Source: Candidatus Zhuqueibacterota bacterium
GTDB lineage: Bacteria; Zhuqueibacterota; Zhuqueibacteria; Thermofontimicrobiales; Thermofontimicrobiaceae
Reading direction: 5' to 3'
NCBI GenBank assembly: GCA_049322915.1
Contig: JBMOPW010000014.1
Span: 858,774 to 922,773, forward strand
DNA length: 64,000 nt
Positions 29,161 through 39,649 of this stretch are shown piece by piece. The position numbers and the translations under genes were made by a program. How positions within the stretch are numbered: position 1 is the first letter of the stretch; each line of letters starts with the position of its first letter. The notes beneath the pieces are model-generated. The model did no database searches. It was not told where the DNA came from and saw only the letters and a program-made list of their open reading frames with translations.

Positions 29161-32100
29161 ATGTTTAAAGAATTGGACAATCCTGTAAATTTTCAGAAAC
29201 TGGAAAAAGACATTCTTGAATTCTGGGACAAAAATCAGATTTTCAGGAAGAGCGTGGAAAGCCGTGACCCAGGCAATAGCTACATTTTTTTCGAAGGACC
29301 GCCAACAGCCAATGGCGCGCCGGGGATTCATCATGTCATCAGTCGGACAGTCAAGGATTTCGTCTGCCGGTTAAAGACCATGCAGGGCTATCGAGTCAAT
29401 CGCAAAGCCGGCTGGGACACCCACGGCTTACCGGTTGAGATTGAGGTTGAAAAACAATTGGGCATTGATGGCAAAGAGCAGGTGCTGGAATATGGCGTTG
29501 ACAAGTTCAATAAAAAATGTCGCGAAAGCGTGTGGAAGTATAAAAAGGACTGGGACGAATTGACCCGTAAGATTGGCTACTGGGTCGATCTGGATCATCC
29601 TTATATCACGTATGAAAATGATTACATTGAGTCGGTCTGGTGGATTTTAAAGGAGTTCTGGAAAAAGGACCTGATTTATCAGGGCTTCAAGATATTGCCT
29701 TATTGCCCGCGGTGCGAGACTCCGCTGTCCAGCCATGAGGTGGCGCAGGGTTACCAGGATGTGGATGATCCGTCCGTCTACGTGAAGATGCAGCTCAAAA
29801 ACGAGCCGGACACATCGTTTCTCGTCTGGACGACCACGCCGTGGACGCTCATTTCGAACGTCGCGTTGGCGTTGAATCCGGAAATGAGCTACGTAAAAAT
29901 ATTTCACAAAAATGAGAAACTAATTCTGGCCAACCAGCGTTTAATTGCGCTACACGGGGAATACGAGATACTGGAACAGTACAAGGGCGCTGATCTGAAC
30001 GGGATCGAATACATCCCACTGTACTCGTTTGTCACCCCTAACAAGCGGGCGTTTTATACAATCCTGGGCGATTTCGTCACGTCCGAAGATGGCACTGGCA
30101 TTGTTCACATTGCCCCGGCGTTCGGCGAGGACGATTATCAGGTGGGCTTGAAATATGATCTGCCCATGATTCACCCTGTGGACAAGAGCGGGCGATTTGT
30201 GGATGAAGTGACCCAGTTCAAGGGGATGTTCGTCAAAAAGGCTGATCCGGAAATTATCACGGATTTGAAAAATCGCGGCAGGCTTTATCGGACAGAAAAA
30301 ATTTCGCACGCTTACCCTCATTGCTGGCGCTGCACATCGCCGCTGCTGTACTATGCCCGTAAGTCCTGGTACATTCGAACAACGGCCATCAAAGACAAGT
30401 TGATCGAAGCCAACAAGCAGATCGATTGGTATCCGCGCGAAGTGGGACTGGGGCGATTCGGCGAATGGCTGGAAAACAATGTGGACTGGTCGCTTTCGCG
30501 CGATCGATTCTGGGGCACGCCGCTCAATGTGTGGATCTGTGAGAAATGCGGTCATTCGGAGTGTGTTGGCAGCGTGGCCGAATTGAAGCAGAAATCAGGC
30601 GCGACAGGAGAAATTGATCTGCACAAGCCGTACATCGACGAGGTCGTGTTCCCGTGCGAAAAATGCAAGGGACCGATGAAGCGCGTCCCGGAAGTGATTG
30701 ACTGCTGGTTCGACTCAGGCAGCATGCCCTACGCCCAATGGCATTATCCGTTCGAGCATAAAGATGATTTCGATACGCTGTTCCCGGCGGAGTTCATTGC
30801 CGAAGGGGTGGATCAAACGCGCGGCTGGTTTTACTCACTGCTGGTCCTGGGTGTTTTCCTCTTTGGAAAATCCAGTTACAAATCGTGTTTATCCATTGAA
30901 ATGATTCTGGATAAAGACGGATTGAAAATGTCCAAATCGCGCGGCAATACGGTGAATCCGTTCCAGATTGTGGAAAAATATGGCGCTGATCCGCTGCGCT
31001 GGTTCCTCATCACAGTGAGTCCGCCCTGGCTTCCGACTAAGTTCGACGAGCTGGGCATTGTCGAAATCATCAGAAAATTTTTAGGCACGCTGAACAATAC
31101 CTATTCGTTCTTTTCGCTATACGCTAATGTGGACAACTTCACCGGAAATGAAGCGATCATTCCGGTTGAAAATCGTCCGCAGATTGACCGCTGGATTATT
31201 TCGCTGCTCAATAAGCTGCTGAAAGAGAGCGAATTCAATTTGGCCCGATTCGAAATCACCAAAACAGCGCGGGCTATCTCGAATTTTGTGATCGATGATC
31301 TGTCCAACTGGTATGTGCGGCGATGCCGGCGTCGTTTCTGGAAGCCGAGTGAAAATGGCGGCGGCGGAATGGGCGACGATAAATTAGCCGCGTATCAGAC
31401 GCTGTTTCATGTGCTAATGACAGTCACAAAAATGATCGCGCCGTTCGTCCCATTCCTGTCGGAGGAGTTGTACCAAAATCTGAAAGCTGCGGAAGTCGGC
31501 GCGCCGGAAAGCGTCCATTTGAGCTACTATCCGAAATCCAGTGAAAAGGTCTATCAGTACCGCGATGAAAAACTGGAAGAGAAAATGGACATGGTGCTGC
31601 GGACTGTCAATATCGGCCGTTCTTTGAGAAACGAGACTGCGATTAAAATCCGGCAGCCTCTCTCGGAAATCATCATCCTCGCCAACAACGACAGGCGCAA
31701 GGAACTGGTTGCCGGCATGGAAAGTTTAATCCGAGACGAATTGAATGTGAAAGACGTCCGATTCACTTCCAGCCAGACCGACCTGGTTCGCAAAAAGGCA
31801 GAGCCGGTGTACAAGTCTTTGGGGCCGAAGTTCGGAAAGCATGTCAATTCGGCGGCTGAAAAGATACGGAATTTGCCAGAGACTGAAATTGAAAAAATCA
31901 TCAGTACGGGAAGCGCAGCGCTCACAATTGAAGATAAAAATGTCGATATTACCATCAATGATATTGACATCAGAACTGAGAACAGGGACGGATTCGTCGT
32001 TGCGACAGAAGATGACATGACGGTTGCGCTGAACATCCAATTGACCGATGAATTGCGCGAAGAAGGATTGGCGCGTGACTTTGTCAACCGCGTTCAGAAT

Positions 32101-32313
32101 ATGCGGAAGGATGCCGATTTCAATGTGGTCGATCGAATACTGATTTTCTTCGAAGGTTCGGACGCAGTCAAAAAGGCCATTGATTCCCAGCAGGATTACG
32201 TTAAAAGCGAAACCCTGGCAGACCAATTGGTCAGCATGCTGAAGAAGAACGACTACGAAAAAGAATGGGCCATCGATGGCGAGCGGATTGTCATCGGAAT
32301 AACCCGGGTGTAG
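29161..32313 (+). CDS. ileS: Isoleucine--tRNA ligase (type 2)
   Basis: FFEGPPTANG, GWDTHGLPVE, WTTTPWTL, YPHCWRC, EGVDQTRGWFY, KMSKS; 1050 aa with EGLARDFVNRVQ type-2 tail. Confidence 0.97.
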   Translation: MFKELDNPVNFQKLEKDILEFWDKNQIFRKSVESRDPGNSYIFFEGPPTANGAPGIHHVISRTVKDFVCRLKTMQGYRVNRKAGWDTHGLPVEIEVEKQLGIDGKEQVLEYGVDKFNKKCRESVWKYKKDWDELTRKIGYWVDLDHPYITYENDYIESVWWILKEFWKKDLIYQGFKILPYCPRCETPLSSHEVAQGYQDVDDPSVYVKMQLKNEPDTSFLVWTTTPWTLISNVALALNPEMSYVKIFHKNEKLILANQRLIALHGEYEILEQYKGADLNGIEYIPLYSFVTPNKRAFYTILGDFVTSEDGTGIVHIAPAFGEDDYQVGLKYDLPMIHPVDKSGRFVDEVTQFKGMFVKKADPEIITDLKNRGRLYRTEKISHAYPHCWRCTSPLLYYARKSWYIRTTAIKDKLIEANKQIDWYPREVGLGRFGEWLENNVDWSLSRDRFWGTPLNVWICEKCGHSECVGSVAELKQKSGATGEIDLHKPYIDEVVFPCEKCKGPMKRVPEVIDCWFDSGSMPYAQWHYPFEHKDDFDTLFPAEFIAEGVDQTRGWFYSLLVLGVFLFGKSSYKSCLSIEMILDKDGLKMSKSRGNTVNPFQIVEKYGADPLRWFLITVSPPWLPTKFDELGIVEIIRKFLGTLNNTYSFFSLYANVDNFTGNEAIIPVENRPQIDRWIISLLNKLLKESEFNLARFEITKTARAISNFVIDDLSNWYVRRCRRRFWKPSENGGGGMGDDKLAAYQTLFHVLMTVTKMIAPFVPFLSEELYQNLKAAEVGAPESVHLSYYPKSSEKVYQYRDEKLEEKMDMVLRTVNIGRSLRNETAIKIRQPLSEIIILANNDRRKELVAGMESLIRDELNVKDVRFTSSQTDLVRKKAEPVYKSLGPKFGKHVNSAAEKIRNLPETEIEKIISTGSAALTIEDKNVDITINDIDIRTENRDGFVVATEDDMTVALNIQLTDELREEGLARDFVNRVQNMRKDADFNVVDRILIFFEGSDAVKKAIDSQQDYVKSETLADQLVSMLKKNDYEKEWAIDGERIVIGITRV

Positions 32314-32539
32314 CCTGGTCCCGCTCAAAGGCGGATCAGGTGACTGAACAGACGCATCAGGGACGGCCGCGGCAATTGGAGCGCGGCGGGAAAGGAGATG
32401 AAAAACAGAACGTTCCTGGCGTCATACGCGTTGAGATTATTCACGGTGGATTTTTCGGAATTCCATTATCATACGAAATACCAAACCGAAGGTGTAATTG
32501 TTATATGTTCATAAGGATTTTTTAGGGAGGATACTCAAG

Positions 32540-32905
32540 ATGGGGATTAAGAACTTAGAACACTTTAAGAAAATTCTTCAAAGCCGACAGCACGAATTGC
32601 TGGATAAAGTGAATTCAGCTCGGTTCAAGGAAGAATCGATGAAGGAGACGACTGGCGACCATTCCTATTCGCTTCATCTGGCTGACCAGGGTTCCGACAG
32701 CATGGATCGTGAGCAATCATTCATGTTCGCTTCATTGGATGGCAGCCTCCTGGCGGAATTGAATGATGCCCTTGAGAGAATTGAAGAGGGGACGTTTGGC
32801 GTTTGCACCATGTGCGGTTCGGAAATAAACAAAGAGAGACTGGAAGCGATCCCGTATGCCCGACTTTGCCTTGAGTGCAAAGCCAACGAGGAGAATCAAT
32901 ATTGA
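32540..32905 (+). CDS. TraR/DksA C4-type zinc finger protein
   Basis: HLADQGSD; ALERIEEGTFGVCTMCGSEINKERLEAIPYARLCLEC. Confidence 0.9.
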   Translation: MGIKNLEHFKKILQSRQHELLDKVNSARFKEESMKETTGDHSYSLHLADQGSDSMDREQSFMFASLDGSLLAELNDALERIEEGTFGVCTMCGSEINKERLEAIPYARLCLECKANEENQY

Positions 32906-33079
32906 TTCCCAGCAACGATTTGTTGTCGTGCAGAGGATTGTGTACGACCATTCAATTTATAGCTACAGAAATGACTCATCCCGGGGAGCGATGCCGGCTT
33001 CCTGTCTATGCTATGACAGAGTAAACCGAGGCATCACAAACGAGCGACCTGCTGGCTTGTTTCAAAGTGACGGAGTATT

Positions 33080-33571
33080 GTGTTCAAATCAAATACAAAA
33101 TTATTGATGTGGTCCTTTCTCATCGTATTCATCGATCAGGCGACCAAAATGTTGATTAAAAATTCCATGCAGTTGAGGGAATCTATATCGCTTTTGGGCG
33201 ACATTATCCGGATCACATACATCAAAAATCCAGGCATGGCGTTTGGCATTCAAATCGGCGGGAAATTATTCTACACGATTTTTGCATCGATCGCCTGCGT
33301 CGTCATTTTAATCTATCTTTATGAAATGAAGCCGGAAAATTTCTGGGCGAGATTTGCGCTGACGACAATCCTGGGCGGCGCAGTGGGCAATCTCATCGAT
33401 CGGATTATCCACAGCGAAGTGGTCGATTTTATCGACATCCGCATTGTGCGCTGGCCTGTCTTCAATTTCGCGGACATTGCCATCACTCTCGGGATGATCA
33501 TTTTAATCGCTGTTGTCATTTTTGAAAAAAAGCAAGAAAAGACTGAAGAAGAACAATTGGAAGCCGGGTGA
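33080..33571 (+). CDS. lspA: Lipoprotein signal peptidase II
   Basis: IDQATK, NPGMAFG, GGAVGNLIDR, VVDFID, WPVFNFADIAI. Confidence 0.95.
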   Translation: MFKSNTKLLMWSFLIVFIDQATKMLIKNSMQLRESISLLGDIIRITYIKNPGMAFGIQIGGKLFYTIFASIACVVILIYLYEMKPENFWARFALTTILGGAVGNLIDRIIHSEVVDFIDIRIVRWPVFNFADIAITLGMIILIAVVIFEKKQEKTEEEQLEAG

Positions 33572-33608
33572 AAACCATCGCCCTGTATCATTTTCCGAAA
33601 GAAACGGA

Positions 33609-34619
33609 ATGGATATTTTTCAGGAACAGCAGTTCGAAAATGAGGACTCGGATGAATGCGATTCGAGACAATTCATCGTTCCTGACCATCAGAAAAAAGA
33701 GCGGCTGGATCAATTTTTAGCCAACCGATTGGAGAGGCCAAGCCGCTCGCAGATTCAAAAACTCATCAAAGAAGGCCTCATCACTGTCAACGAAAAGCCG
33801 ACCAAACCAAGTCATCCAGTCTCCCCGGGTGAGATCATCCAGCTTCAACTGCAACAGCCAAGAGCCACAGAGCTTCTGCCGGAGTATATTCCACTGAATA
33901 TCGTATTTGAGGATGAATATCTGCTCGTCGTTAATAAGCAGGCCGGACTCGTCGTTCATCCCGCTTACGGCAATCTATCGGGCACGCTCGTCAATGGCGT
34001 CCTCTATCATTGCCAGAGCCTGTCCTCGTTGAGCGGGGAATTTCGGCCGGGCCTGGTCCATCGTCTGGATAAAGATACATCCGGGCTGCTTGTCATTGCG
34101 AAGAATGATTTTGTGCACAGCCAGCTTTCTGCCCAATTTTCCCGGCGAACCATTCAACGCGAATATCGCGCCATCGCCTGGGGCCATTTTGAAAAAAAGG
34201 CGGATCGGATTGAGAGCTTGTTACGTCGCAGCAGCAAAGACAGGACGCGAATGACCATCGCCCGTCAGGGTAAACCCGCCATCACCCATTATGAGGTGCT
34301 GCGGGAGTATGCGCTGGTCTCGGTGTTGAAGGTGCGGCTGGAGACCGGTCGCACCCATCAGATTCGCGTCCACCTGGCCTGGAAAGGTCACCCGGTTCTG
34401 GGTGATGAAATTTACGGCGGCAAGCAACGACAGCTCATCAAATTGAATGCTCAGAATCGTCAACTCGGACAGGAATTGCTGGATCGAATGCCGCGCCAGG
34501 CGCTTCACGCCAGAACGCTGGGGTTTGTCCATCCCGAGACAAAGAAATCCATGTGGTTTGATTCAGAACTGCCGGAAGACATGCAGAAGATTATCGATTT
34601 TCTCGATTCAGAAGGATGA
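33609..34619 (+). CDS. rluD: RluA/RluD family pseudouridine synthase with S4 domain
   Basis: RLDQFL..SRSQIQKLI; VNKQAGLVVHP; RPGLVHRLDKDTSG; LETGRTHQIRVH; RQALHA. Confidence 0.9.
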   Translation: MDIFQEQQFENEDSDECDSRQFIVPDHQKKERLDQFLANRLERPSRSQIQKLIKEGLITVNEKPTKPSHPVSPGEIIQLQLQQPRATELLPEYIPLNIVFEDEYLLVVNKQAGLVVHPAYGNLSGTLVNGVLYHCQSLSSLSGEFRPGLVHRLDKDTSGLLVIAKNDFVHSQLSAQFSRRTIQREYRAIAWGHFEKKADRIESLLRRSSKDRTRMTIARQGKPAITHYEVLREYALVSVLKVRLETGRTHQIRVHLAWKGHPVLGDEIYGGKQRQLIKLNAQNRQLGQELLDRMPRQALHARTLGFVHPETKKSMWFDSELPEDMQKIIDFLDSEG

Positions 34620-34857
34620 CAGACATTCGCGGCTGTATTCGAAGACGTGTCGTTCGCCATCATCTGTGTGGGACAAATTCGTTCGCCAGAGTCCCGGCTT
34701 TCTGCTGCGCTCTCCGCTCAAATCTATCCCCACACCATTGATTCCCTTTGCAGAAAATCCCAAATTGATTCGCTGAAAAAAGGCATGGCTGACTCGCAAA
34801 CCAGGAGTGAAATTGCCCTGACCGGGAACGTCGCCTGGTGCGGTTTTCATGTGCGCG

Positions 34858-36189
34858 CTACAATAAATTGCTCGCCAGGTCTGCCAACTCGGAGCGCTCG
34901 CCCTTTTCCAGGTTGATGTGCGCGTAGAGTTTTTGCCCCTGCATCTTTTCGATGAGATAGCTCAGCCCGTTGGACTGGCTGTCCAGATAGGGATGGTCAA
35001 TCTGAAAGATATCGCCGGTGAATACCATTTTGGTGCCCTCGCCGGCGCGCGTGATGATGGTCTTCACTTCGTGAGGCGTCAGGTTCTGGGCTTCATCCAC
35101 AATGAAATAGACTTTCACCAGACTGCGACCGCGAATATAGGAGAGCGGCGATATGACCAGTTTCTCTTCATCTAAAAATTCTTCAATGCGCTTGTGTTTT
35201 TGATCGGACTTTGAAAATTGATTTTTTATCACACCGAGATTGTCGTATAAAGGCTGCATGTATGGGTCTAATTTTGATTTGATATCGCCGGGCAAAAAAC
35301 CAATATCTTTGTTGCTCAGCGGGACCACCGGTCGGGCCAGGAAAATCTGGTGGTAATACTTCCGCTTGTCGATGGCCGCGGCGAGCGCCAATAGCGTTTT
35401 TCCTGTGCCAGCCTTGCCCGAGATGGAGACCAACTGAATGTCGGTATTTGTCAATGCATTCAGGGCAAAGGTCTGCTCTGCATTTCTGGGCGTGATGCCA
35501 TAGACAGGCATTTTATCGACGCGCTTGATTTTGCTCTCAGCGGAATCGTAGGTGGCCAGCGCCGATTTCTTCCCGCTGCGCATGATGAGAAATTCATTGG
35601 GCAGGAGGTTATTTTCCGATCCTAATTCTTTCACATCAATTTCAAACGGCAGTTCGTACATTCGGTCGATGAGTTCATTGGGCAAATTATCGATCACCCT
35701 TCTGCCCGTGTACAGCGCGGACACATCCTTCACGTGATCGGTGGTGTAGTCCTGCGCCCTCAGTCCGATGGCCTTGGCCTTCATGCGCAAATTCACATCC
35801 TTGGAAACGATAATCACCTGCTTGGTCGGGTGTTCCCTGGCCATCAGATATGCCGTGTTCAGAATGTGATGGTCCGGCTTGTGCAGTGAAAAATTGAATT
35901 TCAAATCGTTGTGAAATTCCCGCTCCAACTGAATGGAAATTTTCCCCAGATTGGGACCGATGGTGACGCCGCCGGAAAATAATTTATCACCACTCAGGGC
36001 ATCCAGCGAGCGAAGGAATTCCCGGGCGTGGTAGTTGAGCGTTTCATTGCCCTTTTTGAATTGATCTAATTCTTCCAGTACGGTGATTGGAATGACGATG
36101 TCATTCTCCTGGAACTGGTTCATGCAGGAACTATCGTGGAGAATGACATTGGTATCCAATACAAAAAACTTCTTCGTGCTTTTGGCCAT
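34858..36189 (-). CDS. PhoH family protein with N-terminal PIN domain (PhoH2)
   Basis: FVLDTNVILHD, VLEELD, SKDVNLRMKA, GKAGTGKT, YIRGRS, VDEAQNLTPHE, TGDIFQID. Confidence 0.93.
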   Translation of the reverse strand: MAKSTKKFFVLDTNVILHDSSCMNQFQENDIVIPITVLEELDQFKKGNETLNYHAREFLRSLDALSGDKLFSGGVTIGPNLGKISIQLEREFHNDLKFNFSLHKPDHHILNTAYLMAREHPTKQVIIVSKDVNLRMKAKAIGLRAQDYTTDHVKDVSALYTGRRVIDNLPNELIDRMYELPFEIDVKELGSENNLLPNEFLIMRSGKKSALATYDSAESKIKRVDKMPVYGITPRNAEQTFALNALTNTDIQLVSISGKAGTGKTLLALAAAIDKRKYYHQIFLARPVVPLSNKDIGFLPGDIKSKLDPYMQPLYDNLGVIKNQFSKSDQKHKRIEEFLDEEKLVISPLSYIRGRSLVKVYFIVDEAQNLTPHEVKTIITRAGEGTKMVFTGDIFQIDHPYLDSQSNGLSYLIEKMQGQKLYAHINLEKGERSELADLASNLL

Positions 36190-36429
36190 AGTGTGCGTGT
36201 CGATTAAAAGTGAATGAAGTTGTTGAATCGTTAAATACATCGAGGTGAACGTCCGGGCACGGCTGGGGTGCCCGCGCTGAGTGCAAGCTGCATCTCATGC
36301 GTTTGCGCCACTCCTGAACGACGGTGAGTGATCGATTGTCGAATCATGCGAGCAGAAATTTTAACGAAGCATCACAGGATTAAGTTTCCGGCAAGGCAGT
36401 TATCCCAATCATGCCCGGCCCGGCGCAAC

Positions 36430-36855
36430 TCAATCGTCGCTGCCGGGATCGAATTTGCGCAGGTGTTTTATTTCGCTGCGCTTTCGCTTGTCGGCCATCC
36501 GTCGCGCTCTGACTGCGGCAGAAGGCTTTTTCGACCTGCGGACGGCCGGAACATGCGTCGCTTTCCGGATGAGCCCAATCAGCCGCTGGAGCGCATCTTC
36601 CCGATTTTTTAGCTGAGAGCGGAAGCGCTGCGCTTTAATGACGATCTCGCCGTTTTCGTTCAATCGCTTGCCAGCCAATCGGATGAGCCGTTCCCGAACC
36701 TCATCCGGAAGCGATGGACTGTGACGGACATTGAACCGAAGCAGCACTGCCGTGGCCACTTTGTTCACATTCTGCCCGCCCGGGCCGGACGATCGGACGA
36801 ATTCTTCGCTGATTTCATCGTCGGAAATTTTCAGGGTGTCGGTAATCTCAATCAT
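36430..36855 (-). CDS. arfB: Alternative ribosome rescue factor ArfB (YaeJ)
   Basis: RSSGPGGQNVNKVAT, RSQLKNREDA, basic C-terminal tail. Confidence 0.95.
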   Translation of the reverse strand: MIEITDTLKISDDEISEEFVRSSGPGGQNVNKVATAVLLRFNVRHSPSLPDEVRERLIRLAGKRLNENGEIVIKAQRFRSQLKNREDALQRLIGLIRKATHVPAVRRSKKPSAAVRARRMADKRKRSEIKHLRKFDPGSDD

Positions 36856-36857
36856 TG

Positions 36858-37670
36858 CTACATGAACCAGGTTTTTGTATGGTGTACCGCATCGCCAAAT
36901 CGCTGCATGAATCTTATGTCTTCTTCACTGAGCGGCCCCTGACTCAATGCAGCCAGGTTTTCATCTATCTGCGCTGGATTGGAGGGGGCAGTCATGCAGA
37001 CATGCACATTGGGATTGGAAAGCACGAAGCGATAACACATGCCGGGAGTGGGAATGCGCTCATCCCCGGGCCAATTTTTCGGCCGGCGCAGCAGATAGCG
37101 CCAGCGCGTGGCAGTAAAGCTCACCACGCCGGGATTGTGCACTTTCAAATGTGGGAAAATGTCCTGCTCGGCGCCGCGGTGGGCAGCATTGTATCGCATC
37201 ATGATCACGTCCAGCGCGCCCTCAGCAGCCAGCCGGCCGGCGAATTTTCTGTCATGGGTGGAAATGCCGATGTGCCGAATTTTATCGCTCTCTTTGAGTC
37301 GATACATCTGCTCCCGAAGCGCCACAGGAAATTGTTTTTCTTTCATCACGCCCAGGAACATGAAGATATCAATATAGTCGGTATCAATTTGACGCAGTCG
37401 TTTTTCCAGCGTCCGCTCGATATTGGGATGACCAACCAGTAAATTATATGCGCCTGTGGCAATGACAAATTTCTCCCGATTGCCCTTCATTTCAGTGCGC
37501 AGAAACCGAATCATCTGTTTATCAATATTGAAGAAGAAAAAATAATTCAGACCGGCATCCAGAGCTTTGTGCAGTGTCGCCTGACCGGGCCAGTACGTGC
37601 CGGAAATACCCAACCGATGCACGGCCAATCCGGTTTTACCGAGTATCGTGTGTGTGAAATTTTGCTCCAT
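36858..37670 (-). CDS. Aldo/keto reductase family protein
   Basis: LGKTGLAVHRLG, LRQIDTDYIDIF, KIRHIGISTH, RFVLSNPNV, QIDENL. Confidence 0.85.
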   Translation of the reverse strand: MEQNFTHTILGKTGLAVHRLGISGTYWPGQATLHKALDAGLNYFFFFNIDKQMIRFLRTEMKGNREKFVIATGAYNLLVGHPNIERTLEKRLRQIDTDYIDIFMFLGVMKEKQFPVALREQMYRLKESDKIRHIGISTHDRKFAGRLAAEGALDVIMMRYNAAHRGAEQDIFPHLKVHNPGVVSFTATRWRYLLRRPKNWPGDERIPTPGMCYRFVLSNPNVHVCMTAPSNPAQIDENLAALSQGPLSEEDIRFMQRFGDAVHHTKTWFM

Positions 37671-37716
37671 GGTACCTTACCTTAGAAATGTGAAATTTTT
37701 TTGTCGATGCCTTTAA

Positions 37717-37877
37717 CCTGAATTATTCATGAACTTGCTCAGAATTTGAGTCAACATTGAGATTTTCAATTAGCTAAAGGCTAAGCTATTTTGAAACTCA
37801 GTTTTTATACGTCTATTCCAAAAAGAGCACCATTCAGGTTAGCCAGCCTCCTCTAAAAATACAATGAATAATGCAGG
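37717..37877. mobile_element. Free-standing 161-bp MITE (inverted copy of the inner element)
   Basis: Ends cctgaattattcat / atgaataatgcagg (13/14 inverted match); TTAA on both flanks; reverse complement matches 18286-18446. Confidence 0.8.
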
Positions 37878-38179
37878 TTAAATTCGTTCTGAAGAAAACG
37901 CCGGCGATGAAATGGGCCATTCACCGGAACTGACTGAATACTTGAAATGAGGCATATCTGAGTTCCAAATCGCTTCGCCATCCGAGCCGCGTGGAAATGC
38001 TGTTCGTTGCCGGATATCCTTTATTGAGATCACTGGAGAATATACAAATTTATTCCTCATGAAATCAACTAAAATTATTTTAATTCTGTAGCAGGAGAGG
38101 TAATAATTTCGTCTGCACAATGACTGCCAGCGCAATGGCGTTATACTCGCTGTGAATTACTTTTACCCGGAAAAAAGAC

Positions 38180-38232
38180 TTGACAAATGCCAATCAAATT
38201 CCTATATTAACCTGCGATGTAACCGATTACAT
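38180..38232 (+). promoter_or_regulatory. Promoter and LacI-family operator of the ABC operon
   Basis: TTGACA (38180), 17 bp spacer, TATATT (38203); palindrome ATGTAACCGATTACAT at 38217-38232. Confidence 0.75.
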
Positions 38233-38344
38233 TCACCGGGGTGTCGTCAATTAACCTGTGATTCGTCTGCTGTGTCTGGTCTGGGCAGACTGCTACGCCA
38301 AGCACATTGCTGTCCAACGTTCAGTTATCAGAATGAAAATGCCA

Positions 38345-39625
38345 ATGAAGATGCGCTTAACATTATTCATTATCCTGGCGCTGATGCTGTTTTTCTCCTG
38401 TTCGAAAAAAAACAGCGATCGCGTGGAACTCAGCTTTTGGGCGATGGGTTCCGAGGGGCAGGTCATCAGTGAGATCATCAATAAATTCCATGAGCTGCAC
38501 CCGAATATTCACGTGAAGGTTCAGGCTATTCCCTGGGGCGCTGCGCACGAAAAATTGTTGACGGCCACCGCCGGCCATTCCACGCCGGACGTCTGCCAGT
38601 TGGGCAACACCTGGATTTCTGAGTTCAACGCCATTGATGCGATCATCCCCCTGGACACGCTCATTCAGCATTCGACGATTCAGGCGGATCGTTTTTTCCC
38701 TGGAGTCTGGAATACCAACACGATCGGTGATCGGGTGTACGGCATCCCCTGGTATGTGGACACGCGCCTGCTATTTTATCGCAAAGACATTCTCTCCGCA
38801 GCCGGCTATACCCAGCCGCCGGGCACATGGGAGGAGTGGCGAAATGCGGCTCGCAACATCGTTGCTTCGTCCCGGTTCCGTCAGAAGCAGTATGGATTTT
38901 TCTTTTCACTGATTTATAACGACTGGCATGTGCCGGTCATTCTGGTGCTGGAAAATAACGGCCGATTGTTGAAAGAGAATGATTGCTATGGCGCGTTTGA
39001 TGATCCTCAGACTGTCGAAGCATTGCAATTCTATACCTCGTTGTTCAAAGAAGGATTGGCCCCCAGATCCATGTCCGAGTTCACCAACATTTATCAGGGA
39101 TTTCAGGATGGCGCATTCGCTTTCGTCGTGACCGGACCCTGGAATATCGGAGAAATCAGGCGACGCATGCCGGAGATGGAAAATGTGTGGGCCACTGCGC
39201 CGATGCCCCGGAAGCTCAATGGAAACTCGGTGGCTGCGGGCTCCAGCCTGGTTATTTTCAAAAGCTGCCGGCATAAAAAGGAGGCCATTACCTTCATCGA
39301 ATTTTTATCGTCAGTGGAGACCCAGGTGCAGTTCTTTCAGATGACGCGGGATTTGCCAGCGGTCAAACAGGCCTGGGACGCCGAGGAAATTCAAACCGAT
39401 GAAAAGATAATGGCGTTTTATCGGCAATTGGAAAGCGTCGTCGCCACTCCCAAAATTCCGGAATGGGAGCGCATCGCTGTCAAAATTCAGGAGCATCTGG
39501 AGCGGGTTGTTTTTGAAGAGACAATGTTGGAGAAAGCCATCCGCGACCTTAATAACGATGTCGATCGAATTCTGGAGAAGCGGCGCTGGTTGTTGTCTAA
39601 AGGCGTCATGAATTCCGGCGAATGA
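38345..39625 (+). CDS. Sugar ABC transporter substrate-binding lipoprotein
   Basis: Lipobox FFSC; WAMGSEG, QAIPWGAAHEKLLTA, PDVCQLGNTW, GIPWYVDTRLLFYRKD; exact start among ATGs 38333-38351 uncertain. Confidence 0.9.
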   Translation: MKMRLTLFIILALMLFFSCSKKNSDRVELSFWAMGSEGQVISEIINKFHELHPNIHVKVQAIPWGAAHEKLLTATAGHSTPDVCQLGNTWISEFNAIDAIIPLDTLIQHSTIQADRFFPGVWNTNTIGDRVYGIPWYVDTRLLFYRKDILSAAGYTQPPGTWEEWRNAARNIVASSRFRQKQYGFFFSLIYNDWHVPVILVLENNGRLLKENDCYGAFDDPQTVEALQFYTSLFKEGLAPRSMSEFTNIYQGFQDGAFAFVVTGPWNIGEIRRRMPEMENVWATAPMPRKLNGNSVAAGSSLVIFKSCRHKKEAITFIEFLSSVETQVQFFQMTRDLPAVKQAWDAEEIQTDEKIMAFYRQLESVVATPKIPEWERIAVKIQEHLERVVFEETMLEKAIRDLNNDVDRILEKRRWLLSKGVMNSGE

Positions 39626-39649
39626 GAAATCCGATGGAATGGAGCTACC

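Noticed and set aside
34647..34916. ORF starting MSFAIICVGQIR, reminiscent of the RlmH N-terminus
   Set aside because: Similarity does not extend past about 12 residues, SPOUT motifs are absent, and it overlaps the phoH2 3' end; likely chance
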